Shown piece by piece: positions 18,904 to 27,809 of a stretch of 64,000 bases of DNA. The notes under the pieces are model-generated. The model was not told where the DNA came from, ran no database searches, and worked only from the letters and a program-made list of their open reading frames with translations. The stretch is from positions 8,310-72,309 of the forward strand of contig CABYPB010000006.1 of NCBI GenBank assembly GCA_902520725.1. Reading direction: 5' to 3'. The position numbers and the translations under genes are program-made. The DNA comes from an uncultured SAR86 cluster bacterium. GTDB taxonomy: Bacteria > Pseudomonadota > Gammaproteobacteria > Magnimaribacterales > D2472. The number at the start of each line of letters is the position of its first letter. Position 1 is the first letter of the stretch.

Positions 18904-21108
18904 ATGAAATATATAAAAACAATAATGATCTTAGGGGTATTTTTTGCATTTCCTTCAATAAATTCACAGGATAACACTGATGAAATTGAAGAAGTTGTAA
19001 CTGTCAGTGCAAAACAACCAGTGCCCATTGATGAAGTAGTGGGATCTGTTGCAGTAATATCTCAAGATGAAATAGAAGCAAGACTTGTTTCTGATGTATC
19101 ACAACTTTTGGAAAACACAATTGGTGTAACTGTTCCAAAAGACATCTCCTCTGGTAGATCGAGAAATTCTGATGTTGTTATTCGAGGTGTTGGAAATAAC
19201 AGAGTCAATATATTTATTGATGGTTTTAGAACCGGTGATGCATATCAAAGTGGTGGATATGGTAAAGATTTGGTTGATACTGAGCTTTTAAAAAGAGTTG
19301 AAATTCTCAAAGGACCAAGTTCATCTTTGTACGGTTCAGATGGTTTAGCTGGCACAATTGCTTACACCACAAAAGATGCTTCAGATATAGCTGACGAATC
19401 TAATCCATATCTTTCAGCTACATTGAGTTCACAGGATGTGAACAGCCAAGAAAAAGTGACAGTTCTTGGAGCAATGGTCAGAAATAATTTAGAAGCACTT
19501 GTTCAATTAAGCTCTAGAGAAATGAATGAAATGGAGGTTCATGATAGTGCCACCGAAACACTCAACCCTATGAATGGTGAACAAGAGAGTATTTTAGCTA
19601 AGCTTAAATTATCACTTAAAAATGGTTCTTCTATTAACATCACAATCGACAATCAAGAGCTTGATTCAGAATATAACCTTCTTACTGACTTAGGAAGTGG
19701 CTTTAGTGCTGCTAATATGCAGGTGGAAAATGTTTCCTCTTCATTAGGTTTAGATAATTTAACCAGGGAGAGATTTTCAATTACATATGAATTCTCTGGA
19801 AAAAATAGTCTATTTGATAGTGGAGTAATCAGATCTTTCTCACAAACAACCGACCAGAGAACTATAACTTCTAAAAATAAAGCGATAATGGTTATGCCTG
19901 CCTTTGGACCACCAATTCCATCTTTTGTTCCGACTTCCGAAGTAAGTGATTATGACTTTAATCAAGAGGTATCAGGTTTCTCGCTAGAAATGATTAAGAT
20001 TATTGGAAATCATAATATTGTTTATGGTATAGAGAGTGAAACGGCTGAGTATTCTAGAAATAATGACAAAACTGAAGTCAATCTTATTAATGGTGATGTA
20101 AATAAAACCCTCGCAAATACTTTATATCCTCATAAGCGTTTTCCAGATAGTGAGGTTACTCGAGAAGCGGTTTTTATTAATGATAGGATTTATTTAAATG
20201 ATAACACTACAGCTGTTCTTGGCGCTCGTTATGATTCTTATGATCAAAAAGCGAAAACAGATGCTCTTCATGCGAGAAATAATGTTTTTGGACACGAAGT
20301 TAAGCCAAGAAGTGACAGTCAATTATCTATGAAGGTTGGCTTAATAAGAGATATTTCTGGAGATATGTCTTTATTTTTACAATATGCAGAGGGTTATAGA
20401 AATCCAAACTTTGATGAGGCATACAACACGTATACGAACTTAGCACAGATGTATACGATAATTCCTAATCCAAATATTACCGCTGAAACAAGTGAGGGTT
20501 TTGAGATTGGGTTAAGAGGTTCTCTAAGTAATACTTCATGGTCATTAGCTTATTACAAAAATGATTATAAAGATTTTATTGCGTATGAATATCTTTTTCC
20601 ACCAATCCAAGGAGTGCTTCAAGTTCAGTATCAAAATTTAGGATCTGTTGAAACAAATGGAATTGAATTTGAGTCAAAGACCTTATTTAATGACAATCTT
20701 TCAGCTTCATTTGGCATTAGCTTAAATGAGGGGAGAGAGGATGATGGTTATTTAGATTCCTTATCACCTGACCACGCTAAAATTTCACTATCATGGATAT
20801 CTGATAGTGGAAGATTAAGGTGGAATACTGTCTCAACATTAATGGAATCAAGTCGAGCTACTTTAAGTCCTGTTTGCGGCAGAAGTGGTGCATGTTCTCC
20901 AGCTCAAGAAACAGCAGGCAGAGTTACGCTGGATACATATCTAAACTTCGATATAACTGAAAAAGTAAATATTAAGTTTGGTGTAAGGAACCTTACTGAC
21001 AAAAAATATTGGGATTATCCAACAATCGCTGGACAAGCTGCTGGAACTGCAGATGAGTACTTAATGCCAGGCAGAAATATGAGCTTTTCAATACGATATA
21101 GCTTGTAA
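18904..21108 (+). CDS. TonB-dependent haem/haemoglobin-type outer-membrane receptor
   Basis: It has a signal peptide and a plug domain ('VAVISQDEIE', 'IRGVGNNRVNIFIDG', 'VEILKGPSSSLYGSDGLAG'). The haem-receptor FRAP/NPNL-like pair is present as 'EGYRNPNFDEAY ... IIPNPNITAETSEGFEIG'. Confidence 0.85.
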   Translation: MKYIKTIMILGVFFAFPSINSQDNTDEIEEVVTVSAKQPVPIDEVVGSVAVISQDEIEARLVSDVSQLLENTIGVTVPKDISSGRSRNSDVVIRGVGNNRVNIFIDGFRTGDAYQSGGYGKDLVDTELLKRVEILKGPSSSLYGSDGLAGTIAYTTKDASDIADESNPYLSATLSSQDVNSQEKVTVLGAMVRNNLEALVQLSSREMNEMEVHDSATETLNPMNGEQESILAKLKLSLKNGSSINITIDNQELDSEYNLLTDLGSGFSAANMQVENVSSSLGLDNLTRERFSITYEFSGKNSLFDSGVIRSFSQTTDQRTITSKNKAIMVMPAFGPPIPSFVPTSEVSDYDFNQEVSGFSLEMIKIIGNHNIVYGIESETAEYSRNNDKTEVNLINGDVNKTLANTLYPHKRFPDSEVTREAVFINDRIYLNDNTTAVLGARYDSYDQKAKTDALHARNNVFGHEVKPRSDSQLSMKVGLIRDISGDMSLFLQYAEGYRNPNFDEAYNTYTNLAQMYTIIPNPNITAETSEGFEIGLRGSLSNTSWSLAYYKNDYKDFIAYEYLFPPIQGVLQVQYQNLGSVETNGIEFESKTLFNDNLSASFGISLNEGREDDGYLDSLSPDHAKISLSWISDSGRLRWNTVSTLMESSRATLSPVCGRSGACSPAQETAGRVTLDTYLNFDITEKVNIKFGVRNLTDKKYWDYPTIAGQAAGTADEYLMPGRNMSFSIRYSL

Positions 21109-21120
21109 AAGAACTTAACA

Positions 21121-21162
21121 AAAAGGTTAGTTTTGATGCAAAAAACTAACCTTTTTCTTTTT
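21121..21162. terminator. Bidirectional rho-independent terminator between convergent genes
   Basis: The perfect hairpin 'aaaggttagtttt-gatgc-aaaactaaccttt' is flanked by A-runs upstream and T-runs downstream. Confidence 0.8.
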
Positions 21163-21202
21163 ATAAAAAAATACAGAATTTATTAACAACAATTAAATTT
21201 AG

Positions 21203-21733
21203 CTATCTTCTGGTTTTGTTGGCAATTTCTTCAAAAGATAAATTTTTATAGATAAAAGTTTGTCTTTCTAAGAGCACTCCGTACTTTTCATTCCAATCAT
21301 AATGAATTCCCAATTCATTATTTTTTGGAGGTATTATAGTGATTCTTACATCATAAAGATCACTAATTTTACCTGGTAACTTTATATTTTGTGCATAATG
21401 AAAATTATCAGAAATATTTAGATGTGGAGTGAGTTCAGTATTTAAAAGCTCTCCTTTAGAATTTTGAATCTCTGCATACACTTTTAAGTATGGAATAAAG
21501 CCACCAATAGGTGATCCTGTTGAAGTTCTAGATGCCCAATTGATTAGCATTTCAATATGAATATCTGTCTGATCTTCACTTAAAAAATAATTTTTTGGAA
21601 AAATATTATCTTTAGGAGCAGCCTCAAAGACAATATCAATTCCATTTGCAATATTCTCTTTACCAAAAATCATTTCGCTAGTGATGGAGTTACTAGACAT
21701 AAAAAAGAAAATCAGAAAATATAATTTTTTCAT
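21203..21733 (-). CDS. Periplasmic P19/FtrA (Tp34-like) iron-transport protein
   Basis: It has a signal peptide. 'TDIHIEMLINW', 'GGFIPYLKVYAEI', 'DNFHYAQNI' and 'LGIHYD' align with Campylobacter P19 'ADIHLEADIHA', 'GFWMPYLTIAYEL', 'DGPHYGANI' and 'FGRHVD' (recalled sequence). Confidence 0.75.
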   Translation of the reverse strand: MKKLYFLIFFFMSSNSITSEMIFGKENIANGIDIVFEAAPKDNIFPKNYFLSEDQTDIHIEMLINWASRTSTGSPIGGFIPYLKVYAEIQNSKGELLNTELTPHLNISDNFHYAQNIKLPGKISDLYDVRITIIPPKNNELGIHYDWNEKYGVLLERQTFIYKNLSFEEIANKTRR

Positions 21734-21765
21734 AATTGAATCTTTAATTCTACTACTTGATTAAC

Positions 21766-22200
21766 TTATAGACCATATTTTGCGTTTCCTCTTAACGCAA
21801 AATAAAGACCACCCACATACAAACTTACATGTAAGTAGTCTCTTGTAATTACATCTATGAGGCTATCAGGCATCATTATCCATATAACACCTGTAACGAC
21901 GCACGTCATAGTGATGCCACTAAAACGAGTTAAAAGATCAGCTAATTCACTAAGTAATCCTTTTGTGAATAGAATGCCGAAAACACCCCCAACAATAAGA
22001 CCAATCGCAGAGCCAACTTCTCCGTATGCAACAAACCACCATACTATAAAAGGAAGACCAAACGCTTCCGCAGTAACTTCATTAACAGGAAACTTGCTTA
22101 AGCCTTGCTGAAGAAACATCACTGCTAAAGGTATTCTTAATAAAAAAGTTGCAAAAGGGGCAGGTACCTTGGGTATGTTTAGAGTTGATTCTTTGGTCAT
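21766..22200 (-). CDS. DoxX-family membrane protein
   Basis: It has four predicted TM helices and 'LAVMFLQQGLSKFP...YGEVGSAIGLIVGG'. It is a paralog of the ORF at 27276-27698. Confidence 0.6.
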   Translation of the reverse strand: MTKESTLNIPKVPAPFATFLLRIPLAVMFLQQGLSKFPVNEVTAEAFGLPFIVWWFVAYGEVGSAIGLIVGGVFGILFTKGLLSELADLLTRFSGITMTCVVTGVIWIMMPDSLIDVITRDYLHVSLYVGGLYFALRGNAKYGL

Positions 22201-22222
22201 TATGGAACGATTTATTTTTTGG

Positions 22223-22393
22223 TTATGAAGAAAAAGCTAGAGAAAGTAAAAAAAAGGAAAGAAACATAAATCCTAACGCAGATAGTTGTACTAAAGTTGC
22301 TAGAGCAACAAAATTTAGTTGTTTTTTGGCCCACCAATTAAGCTCAACCTCTTGCCAAGCTTCAAATTCTGCTGGTGTTGCTTTTTCAATCAT
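22223..22393 (-). CDS. Small (56 aa) single-TM membrane protein, below the ORF-track length cutoff
   Basis: My own translation gives MIEKATPAEFEAWQEVELNWWAKKQLNFVALATLVQLSALGFMFLSFFLLSLAFSS*. The ATG is preceded by a strong SD (AAGGAG, 5-nt spacer). The ORF ends 22 nt before the DoxX start. Confidence 0.6.
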   Translation of the reverse strand: MIEKATPAEFEAWQEVELNWWAKKQLNFVALATLVQLSALGFMFLSFFLLSLAFSS

Positions 22394-22434
22394 AAATCTC
22401 CTTTATAGTAACAAATTAATATATTCACAATATT

Positions 22435-22475
22435 TATAATACATTATCATTTTTTGAAATATGATAATACTCTCT
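22435..22475. promoter_or_regulatory. Possible degenerate Fur box(es) in a divergent promoter
   Basis: 'tataatacattatcatt' and 'aatatgataatactc' both contain GATAAT/ATTATC half-sites. The match is weaker than at the two clear Fur boxes. Confidence 0.35.
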
Positions 22476-22551
22476 AAAAATATTTTTTTCAAGTTCCACA
22501 GTATGTTTCCTGCCAAACCCGATATTATAAAATTCCTGTTATAGTTTAGAC

Positions 22552-23583
22552 ATGATTTTTCAAAACTTAATGATAGATATATTAAGAATTGCACCTAAAG
22601 GACTTGTTCGATATCTAGCAGGAACTCCAGTCATTATCGACGGCAATTCTTTAGATCCAAATATGCAAATTATTTTAAATTTAGCTCCAAGAGAACAACA
22701 ACTGAATTTAGTTTCACCTAATCAATTTAGAAAGGTTGCAAAGCAATTGGATAAAATTGCACTTCCAAACATCAAAGGAGTGACTGTAAAAGATGAGGAA
22801 GTAATCAGCACAATAGGCAAATTAAAAATAAGAACATATCAAAAAGATATAATTCAGAAAGACTGTCCTGCAATTTTATTTTTTCATCAGGGTGGGCTAG
22901 TTATCATGGATAATAAAACCGATGACTACTTCTGTTCACTGCTTGCACAAAAATGCAATGCGAAAGTTATTTCTTTAGATTATCGAAGGTGCCCAGAAGA
23001 TAAATTTCCTGCTGCGTTTGAAGATGCATTTGCGCTTTGGGACTATGCTCAACTTCATTCAGACAAATTAGGCATAAATCCAAAGTATATTGCACTAGCT
23101 GGTGATAGTGCTGGAGGTATGATTTCTGCATCAATGGCAATCGATTTACGTGATAGAGGGGGTATCCAACCATCAGCTCTTTGTTTACTTTATCCATGGG
23201 TTACAACTAATATTGAAAATCAACCTTCTATAGAAAGCTGTAGAGATATTTTTCCATTGACATTTGAAACGATGGAATTTTTTAGAAATACAGTCTTTAT
23301 AAATGGTAAAAATCTAGAACATCCATGGGCTAATCCTTTAAATGAGAAAGATTTAACAAATCTACCGCCAACTATAATTGCAACAGCAGGGTTTGATCCC
23401 ATTCGAGATCAAGGCATAGAATTTTCTGAGGCTTTAAAAAAAGCCGATGTTGAAGTTATCGATTATTGTTTTAAGCATCTTCCTCACAGTTTTTTAATTT
23501 TTGGAAGGATTAGCAAGGCTATTCAAGAAGCAAACAATAGAATTGCCAATGACCTTGCAAATATTATAAAAAATACTAAATAA
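22552..23583 (+). CDS. Alpha/beta-hydrolase, hormone-sensitive-lipase-type esterase
   Basis: It has the oxyanion motif 'FHQGG', the nucleophile elbow 'GDSAGG', 'DPIRD' and a C-terminal 'HSF'. Confidence 0.8.
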   Translation: MIFQNLMIDILRIAPKGLVRYLAGTPVIIDGNSLDPNMQIILNLAPREQQLNLVSPNQFRKVAKQLDKIALPNIKGVTVKDEEVISTIGKLKIRTYQKDIIQKDCPAILFFHQGGLVIMDNKTDDYFCSLLAQKCNAKVISLDYRRCPEDKFPAAFEDAFALWDYAQLHSDKLGINPKYIALAGDSAGGMISASMAIDLRDRGGIQPSALCLLYPWVTTNIENQPSIESCRDIFPLTFETMEFFRNTVFINGKNLEHPWANPLNEKDLTNLPPTIIATAGFDPIRDQGIEFSEALKKADVEVIDYCFKHLPHSFLIFGRISKAIQEANNRIANDLANIIKNTK

Positions 23584-23760
23584 TTTTTTTTACTCAAAAT
23601 TATTACAATTAAAGAATTGCAAAAAGGTCGTTAAAATACGGCAAAATCAAGGTAGTTTTTTTATATAAAAATCTTATAAATATTTTGATTTACAAAGTTA
23701 AAAAAATGTCGTTTAATCAATTTAGAATATAAAACTGTCATACATTTCTGGGGAGGCAAT

Positions 23761-25065
23761 ATGACTAATCCAAATCATCCAAGTGTTGATCAAAGTGATC
23801 GTGAAGTACCAATCAATCTTCGTCAAAGTGGGCGAACTCCAACTGAGCTTTTGATTTCTACCCGAGTACGAAAATCACCTTTTTGGCATCTTTCTCATGA
23901 AGCAGGTTGTTGGCGAGCAACTGTATATAATCGTATCTACCATCCAAGAGGATACGTTAAGCCTGAAGATGGTGGTGCAATGGTTGAATATGAGGCATTG
24001 GTTAATAGAGTAACAATGTGGAATGTTGCTGTTGAAAGACAAATAAGAGTGAAGGGTCCTGATGCTGAAGCTTTTACAGATTTTGTTATAACAAGAGATG
24101 CAACAAAAATTGAACCTGGAAATGGAAAATACGCAATTTTATGCAATGAAAAGGGTGGAGTGCTTAATGATCCTGTTTTATTAAGACTAACAGATGATGA
24201 GTTTTGGTTCTCTATTTCTGACAGCGATTTATTATTCTGGTTACAAGGTGTGAATGTAGCAAAGAAATATGATGTTGAGATTGATGAAATTGATGCTTGT
24301 CCTGTTCAAATACAAGGGCCTTTATCTGAGGATCTTATGGCTAAATTAGCTGGAGAAGAGTTAAGAGAAATTCCATATTATGGTCTTATGGAAACAAAAA
24401 TTGGTGGTGCTGATTGTGTAATCAGTCAGACAGGATTCACAGGTGAAAAAGGATATGAAATCTATGTTCGTGATGCTCATGAAAATGCTGAAAAGATGTG
24501 GAATGCAGTTCTCGAAGCAGGTGAAGAATTTGGTTTGATGGTAATAGCACCTGCTCATCATCGTAGAATAGCAGCAGGTATTTTATCTTGGGGACAAGAT
24601 TTAGATCATGAAACATCTCCATTTCAAGTTAATTTGAGTTACCAGGTACCGAGAAACAAAGAAGCTGATTACATTGGAAAGGAAGCACTTGAAAAACAGA
24701 GAGCGATTATTGATGAGGGTAATGCTCCATTTAAGATGAAAATGGTTGGACTCATATTTGGGGGTAAAGAAATTACAGACTACGCTCCTGATTTTTGGTT
24801 GATAAATGATACAGATGGAAATGAAATGGGTTTCATATCATCTCCATGGTGGTCTCCAGAACTAGGTACTAATATTGCACTTGGGTGGGTCCCTTGGGAA
24901 TCATCTGCAATAGGAACTAAATTACAGGTTATGTTGCCTGATGAATATGCAGATTCATCTGGAGCTCCGGTTGATGGTGAAATAGTTGATATTCCTTTCA
25001 GAGAGTCTGTAAACCCAAACAAACGTGAAGTTCAAAAGGCTAAGGGACTAGACTTCGCTGATTAA
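23761..25065 (+). CDS. GcvT-family aminomethyltransferase / THF-dependent demethylase (DmdA-like branch)
   Basis: 'RVRKSPF', 'MWNVAVERQIRVKGPDA', 'GGVLNDPVLLRL..DEFWFSISDSD' and 'GFTGEKGYEIY' match the GcvT fold. A strong SD (GGGGAGG) precedes the start. Confidence 0.75.
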   Translation: MTNPNHPSVDQSDREVPINLRQSGRTPTELLISTRVRKSPFWHLSHEAGCWRATVYNRIYHPRGYVKPEDGGAMVEYEALVNRVTMWNVAVERQIRVKGPDAEAFTDFVITRDATKIEPGNGKYAILCNEKGGVLNDPVLLRLTDDEFWFSISDSDLLFWLQGVNVAKKYDVEIDEIDACPVQIQGPLSEDLMAKLAGEELREIPYYGLMETKIGGADCVISQTGFTGEKGYEIYVRDAHENAEKMWNAVLEAGEEFGLMVIAPAHHRRIAAGILSWGQDLDHETSPFQVNLSYQVPRNKEADYIGKEALEKQRAIIDEGNAPFKMKMVGLIFGGKEITDYAPDFWLINDTDGNEMGFISSPWWSPELGTNIALGWVPWESSAIGTKLQVMLPDEYADSSGAPVDGEIVDIPFRESVNPNKREVQKAKGLDFAD

Positions 25066-25102
25066 ATTTTTAATAGCGTAAATTATTAATGTAATTAACA
25101 AA

Positions 25103-25687
25103 ATGCGTTTATTAATAGTTCTATTATTATCGATTCCACTTTACTCAGAAAGTTCAAAAATTATGTGTGAGTTGGATGGGGATTTTTCTGTAACTTATAA
25201 AGATATAAAGAAAACATATTTGGCAGAAGGAATAGAATTATTTAAAAATTTAGCCAGACAAACACAACAGTCTCTTTTTCTACTAAGAAGAGCAAAAACA
25301 AATTTTGCTGAGGAAGATTGGTCAAAAAGTCCTTTGTATGTCGTTCAATACTGGGAAGTTGATTCTGAGAAAGAGGAGTTTAAATCCTTAATACACACAC
25401 TTGATCCATCGCCGGCTTGGATCAATACTGATGCAGCTTGGAAAGCTACAAATCAAGATACTGGTATATCAGTTACACACTCTATGGAGCTTGATTTAGA
25501 TCATCCATTATTTCCTGAATATAAAGTTCAAGTTTATAAGATTACAAATACATTTAATTGGTTCACGGGCAAAGGACAAATAAGTGGAGATATATGGCTA
25601 AAGAAGAAAGATGGCACAAGAGGTAAAAATCCTAAGATTGAAATATACGCTAAAGGTAAATGCGAATCACAAATTAAAAAGTTTTAG
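25103..25687 (+). CDS. Exported hypothetical protein
   Basis: It has the signal peptide 'MRLLIVLLLSIPLYS'. No motif was recognised. Confidence 0.45.
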   Translation: MRLLIVLLLSIPLYSESSKIMCELDGDFSVTYKDIKKTYLAEGIELFKNLARQTQQSLFLLRRAKTNFAEEDWSKSPLYVVQYWEVDSEKEEFKSLIHTLDPSPAWINTDAAWKATNQDTGISVTHSMELDLDHPLFPEYKVQVYKITNTFNWFTGKGQISGDIWLKKKDGTRGKNPKIEIYAKGKCESQIKKF

Positions 25688-25906
25688 TATATTTAAGATA
25701 AGAAGGATCCCTAGCTTCTAATCAAGCGTTTTCCTATGCTAGAAAGAATAGTTACTTATTTTTGCGAGCTTTACGTAATTCCCTATGAACCTTATCAAGT
25801 TTTAATTTCTTAATAGTTTTTACATTCTTTCTTCTTAAACTAGCGAGTTTCGAATTTCTAACTCTTTCTCCTTTATTTATATGCACTTCTCCAAAAGGAA
25901 TGTTTA

Positions 25907-27274
25907 ATGTCGTTAATTAATACTAACAAATACTCTACAATATCTCTAATGAACATTGTTGAAAGCAACATAATCCAAAAAACTTTATTAATATACATTG
26001 AAGTAGATTCTTTAAATCAAAAAGAAAAATTAGAAAAAAGTTATGATGAATTCTATAGCTTAGCTCAATCATCAGGGGTAGAAATAGTAAAGGCTACAAA
26101 GTTTAAACAAAAGATTCCGATAACAAGCTCGTTTATTTCTAAAGGAAAATTAGATCAAATTAAAAATGAATTAATAGACCTAGACGTTGACCTAATAATT
26201 ATTAATCATCAACTTTCTGCCTCACAAAACAGAAACCTTGAAAATTTTTTTGCTAAAAGAGTAATTGATAAAACTGAATTAATTCTTGATATTTTTGCAA
26301 CAAGAGCTTCGTCCTATATTGGTAAGCTTCAAGTTGAACTCGCTCAATTAAACCATCTATCAACGAGACTAATTAGAGGTTGGACTCACTTAGAAAGGCA
26401 AAAAGGTGGAATTGGATTAAGAGGCCCAGGTGAAACTCAGTTAGAAACAGATAGACGTTTAATTGGTAAAAGAATTAAAAGGCTTAATTTAAGACTCGAC
26501 AAGGCTCATAAACAAAGAGAGATAAATAGATATTCAAGAAAGAAGAGTAGAAATAAATTAGTAGCATTAGTTGGATATACAAATGCTGGAAAAACGACTT
26601 TATTTAATAAACTAACTGAAAGTATGCAATTAGCTGAAGATAAATTATTTGCAACATTAGACTCTGTAACAAGAAAGAATAAGGCTCCTGATCATGGACC
26701 AATTTTATTTTCAGATACAGTAGGTTTTATATCTGATCTTCCAACTCAGTTGGTAGAATCATTTAAGGCAACACTAGATGAGCTAAAGACAGCTGATCTT
26801 TTATTACATGTTGTTGACATTTCAGACACTGATCACAAAATAAAAGTTCTTGAGGTTAATTCAATACTTGAAGAGTTAGGACTAGAAAATATTCCACAGA
26901 CAATAGTTAACAATAAATGTGATTTGGTTTGTAATTCCAAGTTAAGCCCAATGATAAAAAGAAAACATGATGAGATATTTATATCTGCTGAGAATGAAAG
27001 TGAATTTGAAGATCTTCGCTCATCTATCAATAAAAATCTTTTCAATGGATTATATGAGGGCTGGGTGTCTCTTGATACAAGTCTTGGAAATATTAGGTCT
27101 CAGCTTTTTGATATGGGATGTGTTGAGGAAGAAAAAATTTCATCAAACGGAACTATGTTTGCCAATATTAAAATAGGTAATGACGAATTAGATCAATTCA
27201 TAGGTTTGAAAGGTTTTGAACTTTGTCATGATAAGGATATACTTTTTGAATCAATTAAGCTTAAAACAAATTAA
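25907..27274 (+). CDS. hflX: GTPase HflX
   Basis: 'LQVELAQL', 'GGIGLRGPGETQLETDRR', G1 'GYTNAGKTTL' and G3 'DTVGF' are present. Confidence 0.9.
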   Translation: MSLINTNKYSTISLMNIVESNIIQKTLLIYIEVDSLNQKEKLEKSYDEFYSLAQSSGVEIVKATKFKQKIPITSSFISKGKLDQIKNELIDLDVDLIIINHQLSASQNRNLENFFAKRVIDKTELILDIFATRASSYIGKLQVELAQLNHLSTRLIRGWTHLERQKGGIGLRGPGETQLETDRRLIGKRIKRLNLRLDKAHKQREINRYSRKKSRNKLVALVGYTNAGKTTLFNKLTESMQLAEDKLFATLDSVTRKNKAPDHGPILFSDTVGFISDLPTQLVESFKATLDELKTADLLLHVVDISDTDHKIKVLEVNSILEELGLENIPQTIVNNKCDLVCNSKLSPMIKRKHDEIFISAENESEFEDLRSSINKNLFNGLYEGWVSLDTSLGNIRSQLFDMGCVEEEKISSNGTMFANIKIGNDELDQFIGLKGFELCHDKDILFESIKLKTN

Positions 27275-27275
27275 T

Positions 27276-27698
27276 ATGAAAAAATTAAATAATATTCTTG
27301 AATCAATCGCAAAACCACTAATGCCGATAACTCCATGGTTATTGAGACTTGGTCTTGGAACTTCATTCATTCTACACGGAATTGGAAAATTTCCATTACC
27401 TCCAGAGAAAATGGTCACTTGGTTTGAGAGTATGGGATACATGTATCCTGAAATTGTTACAAGCATGGTTGCTGTTGGAGAAGTTGCTGCTGGGGCAGGG
27501 ATTATATTAGGTGGACTAATAAGCGGTCATAAAGGAAACCTTATAACAAGAATTTCAGGTGGAGCGGTTGGAGTCATTATGATTGGCGCAATTGTTATAG
27601 CCCATGCAGATTGGTTAGTTACAAAAAAACTATTTATGAGCGAACAAATATTCCTATTCTTACTAGGTACATATTTCGCAATAAAAGGTAACGACTAA
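27276..27698 (+). CDS. DoxX-family membrane protein
   Basis: I prefer the ATG at 27276 (MKKLNNILE...) immediately after the hflX stop over the track's start at 27216 inside hflX. The product has 'LGLGTSFILHGIGKFP' and four TM helices. Confidence 0.6.
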   Translation: MKKLNNILESIAKPLMPITPWLLRLGLGTSFILHGIGKFPLPPEKMVTWFESMGYMYPEIVTSMVAVGEVAAGAGIILGGLISGHKGNLITRISGGAVGVIMIGAIVIAHADWLVTKKLFMSEQIFLFLLGTYFAIKGND

Positions 27699-27783
27699 AA
27701 ACACTTCTTTTGATTTTCTTATTTACTATTATTCTTAGATATTTCTTTATTTAAATTTATTTATAAAAACTACTTGCAAATCT

Positions 27784-27809
27784 AAATGAGAATCATTATC
27801 ATTCTCATT
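27784..27809. promoter_or_regulatory. Fur box upstream of the second TonB-dependent receptor
   Basis: 'gagaatcattatcattctc' matches the Fur consensus at 15/19 positions by hand count. It lies about 125 nt upstream of the start codon. Confidence 0.8.

Noticed and set aside
22149-22439. A 96-aa plus-strand ORF spanning the DoxX start and the spacer.
   Set aside because: It has no RBS and overlaps the DoxX N-terminus in antisense. The minus strand carries a better-supported small ORF with an AAGGAG site.
23584-23760. A glycine, THF or cobalamin riboswitch upstream of the GcvT-like gene, and similarly upstream of the TBDR at 27933.
   Set aside because: I could not find the conserved cores, such as the glycine 'GGAGAG...CACCG' or a B12 box 'GCCACTG'. 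The regions are almost pure A/T.
25752-25886. A 44-codon Lys/Arg-rich minus-strand ORF (VHINKGERVRNSKLASLRRKNVKTIKKLKLDKVHRELRKARKNK), considered as a possible ribosomal or S21-like small basic protein.
   Set aside because: It has a GTG start with GGAG only 2 nt upstream. It lacks the S21 'YEKP' core and matches no ribosomal protein I can recall. Lys-rich frames arise easily in AT-rich DNA. It is kept only as a note inside the hflX-upstream finding.
27216-27275. The ORF-track start of the DoxX gene inside the 3' end of hflX.
   Set aside because: The upstream extension (MNFVMIRIYFLNQLSLKQIN) overlaps hflX by 59 nt and adds no sensible sequence. The ATG at 27276 gives a typical MKK N-terminus right after the hflX stop.
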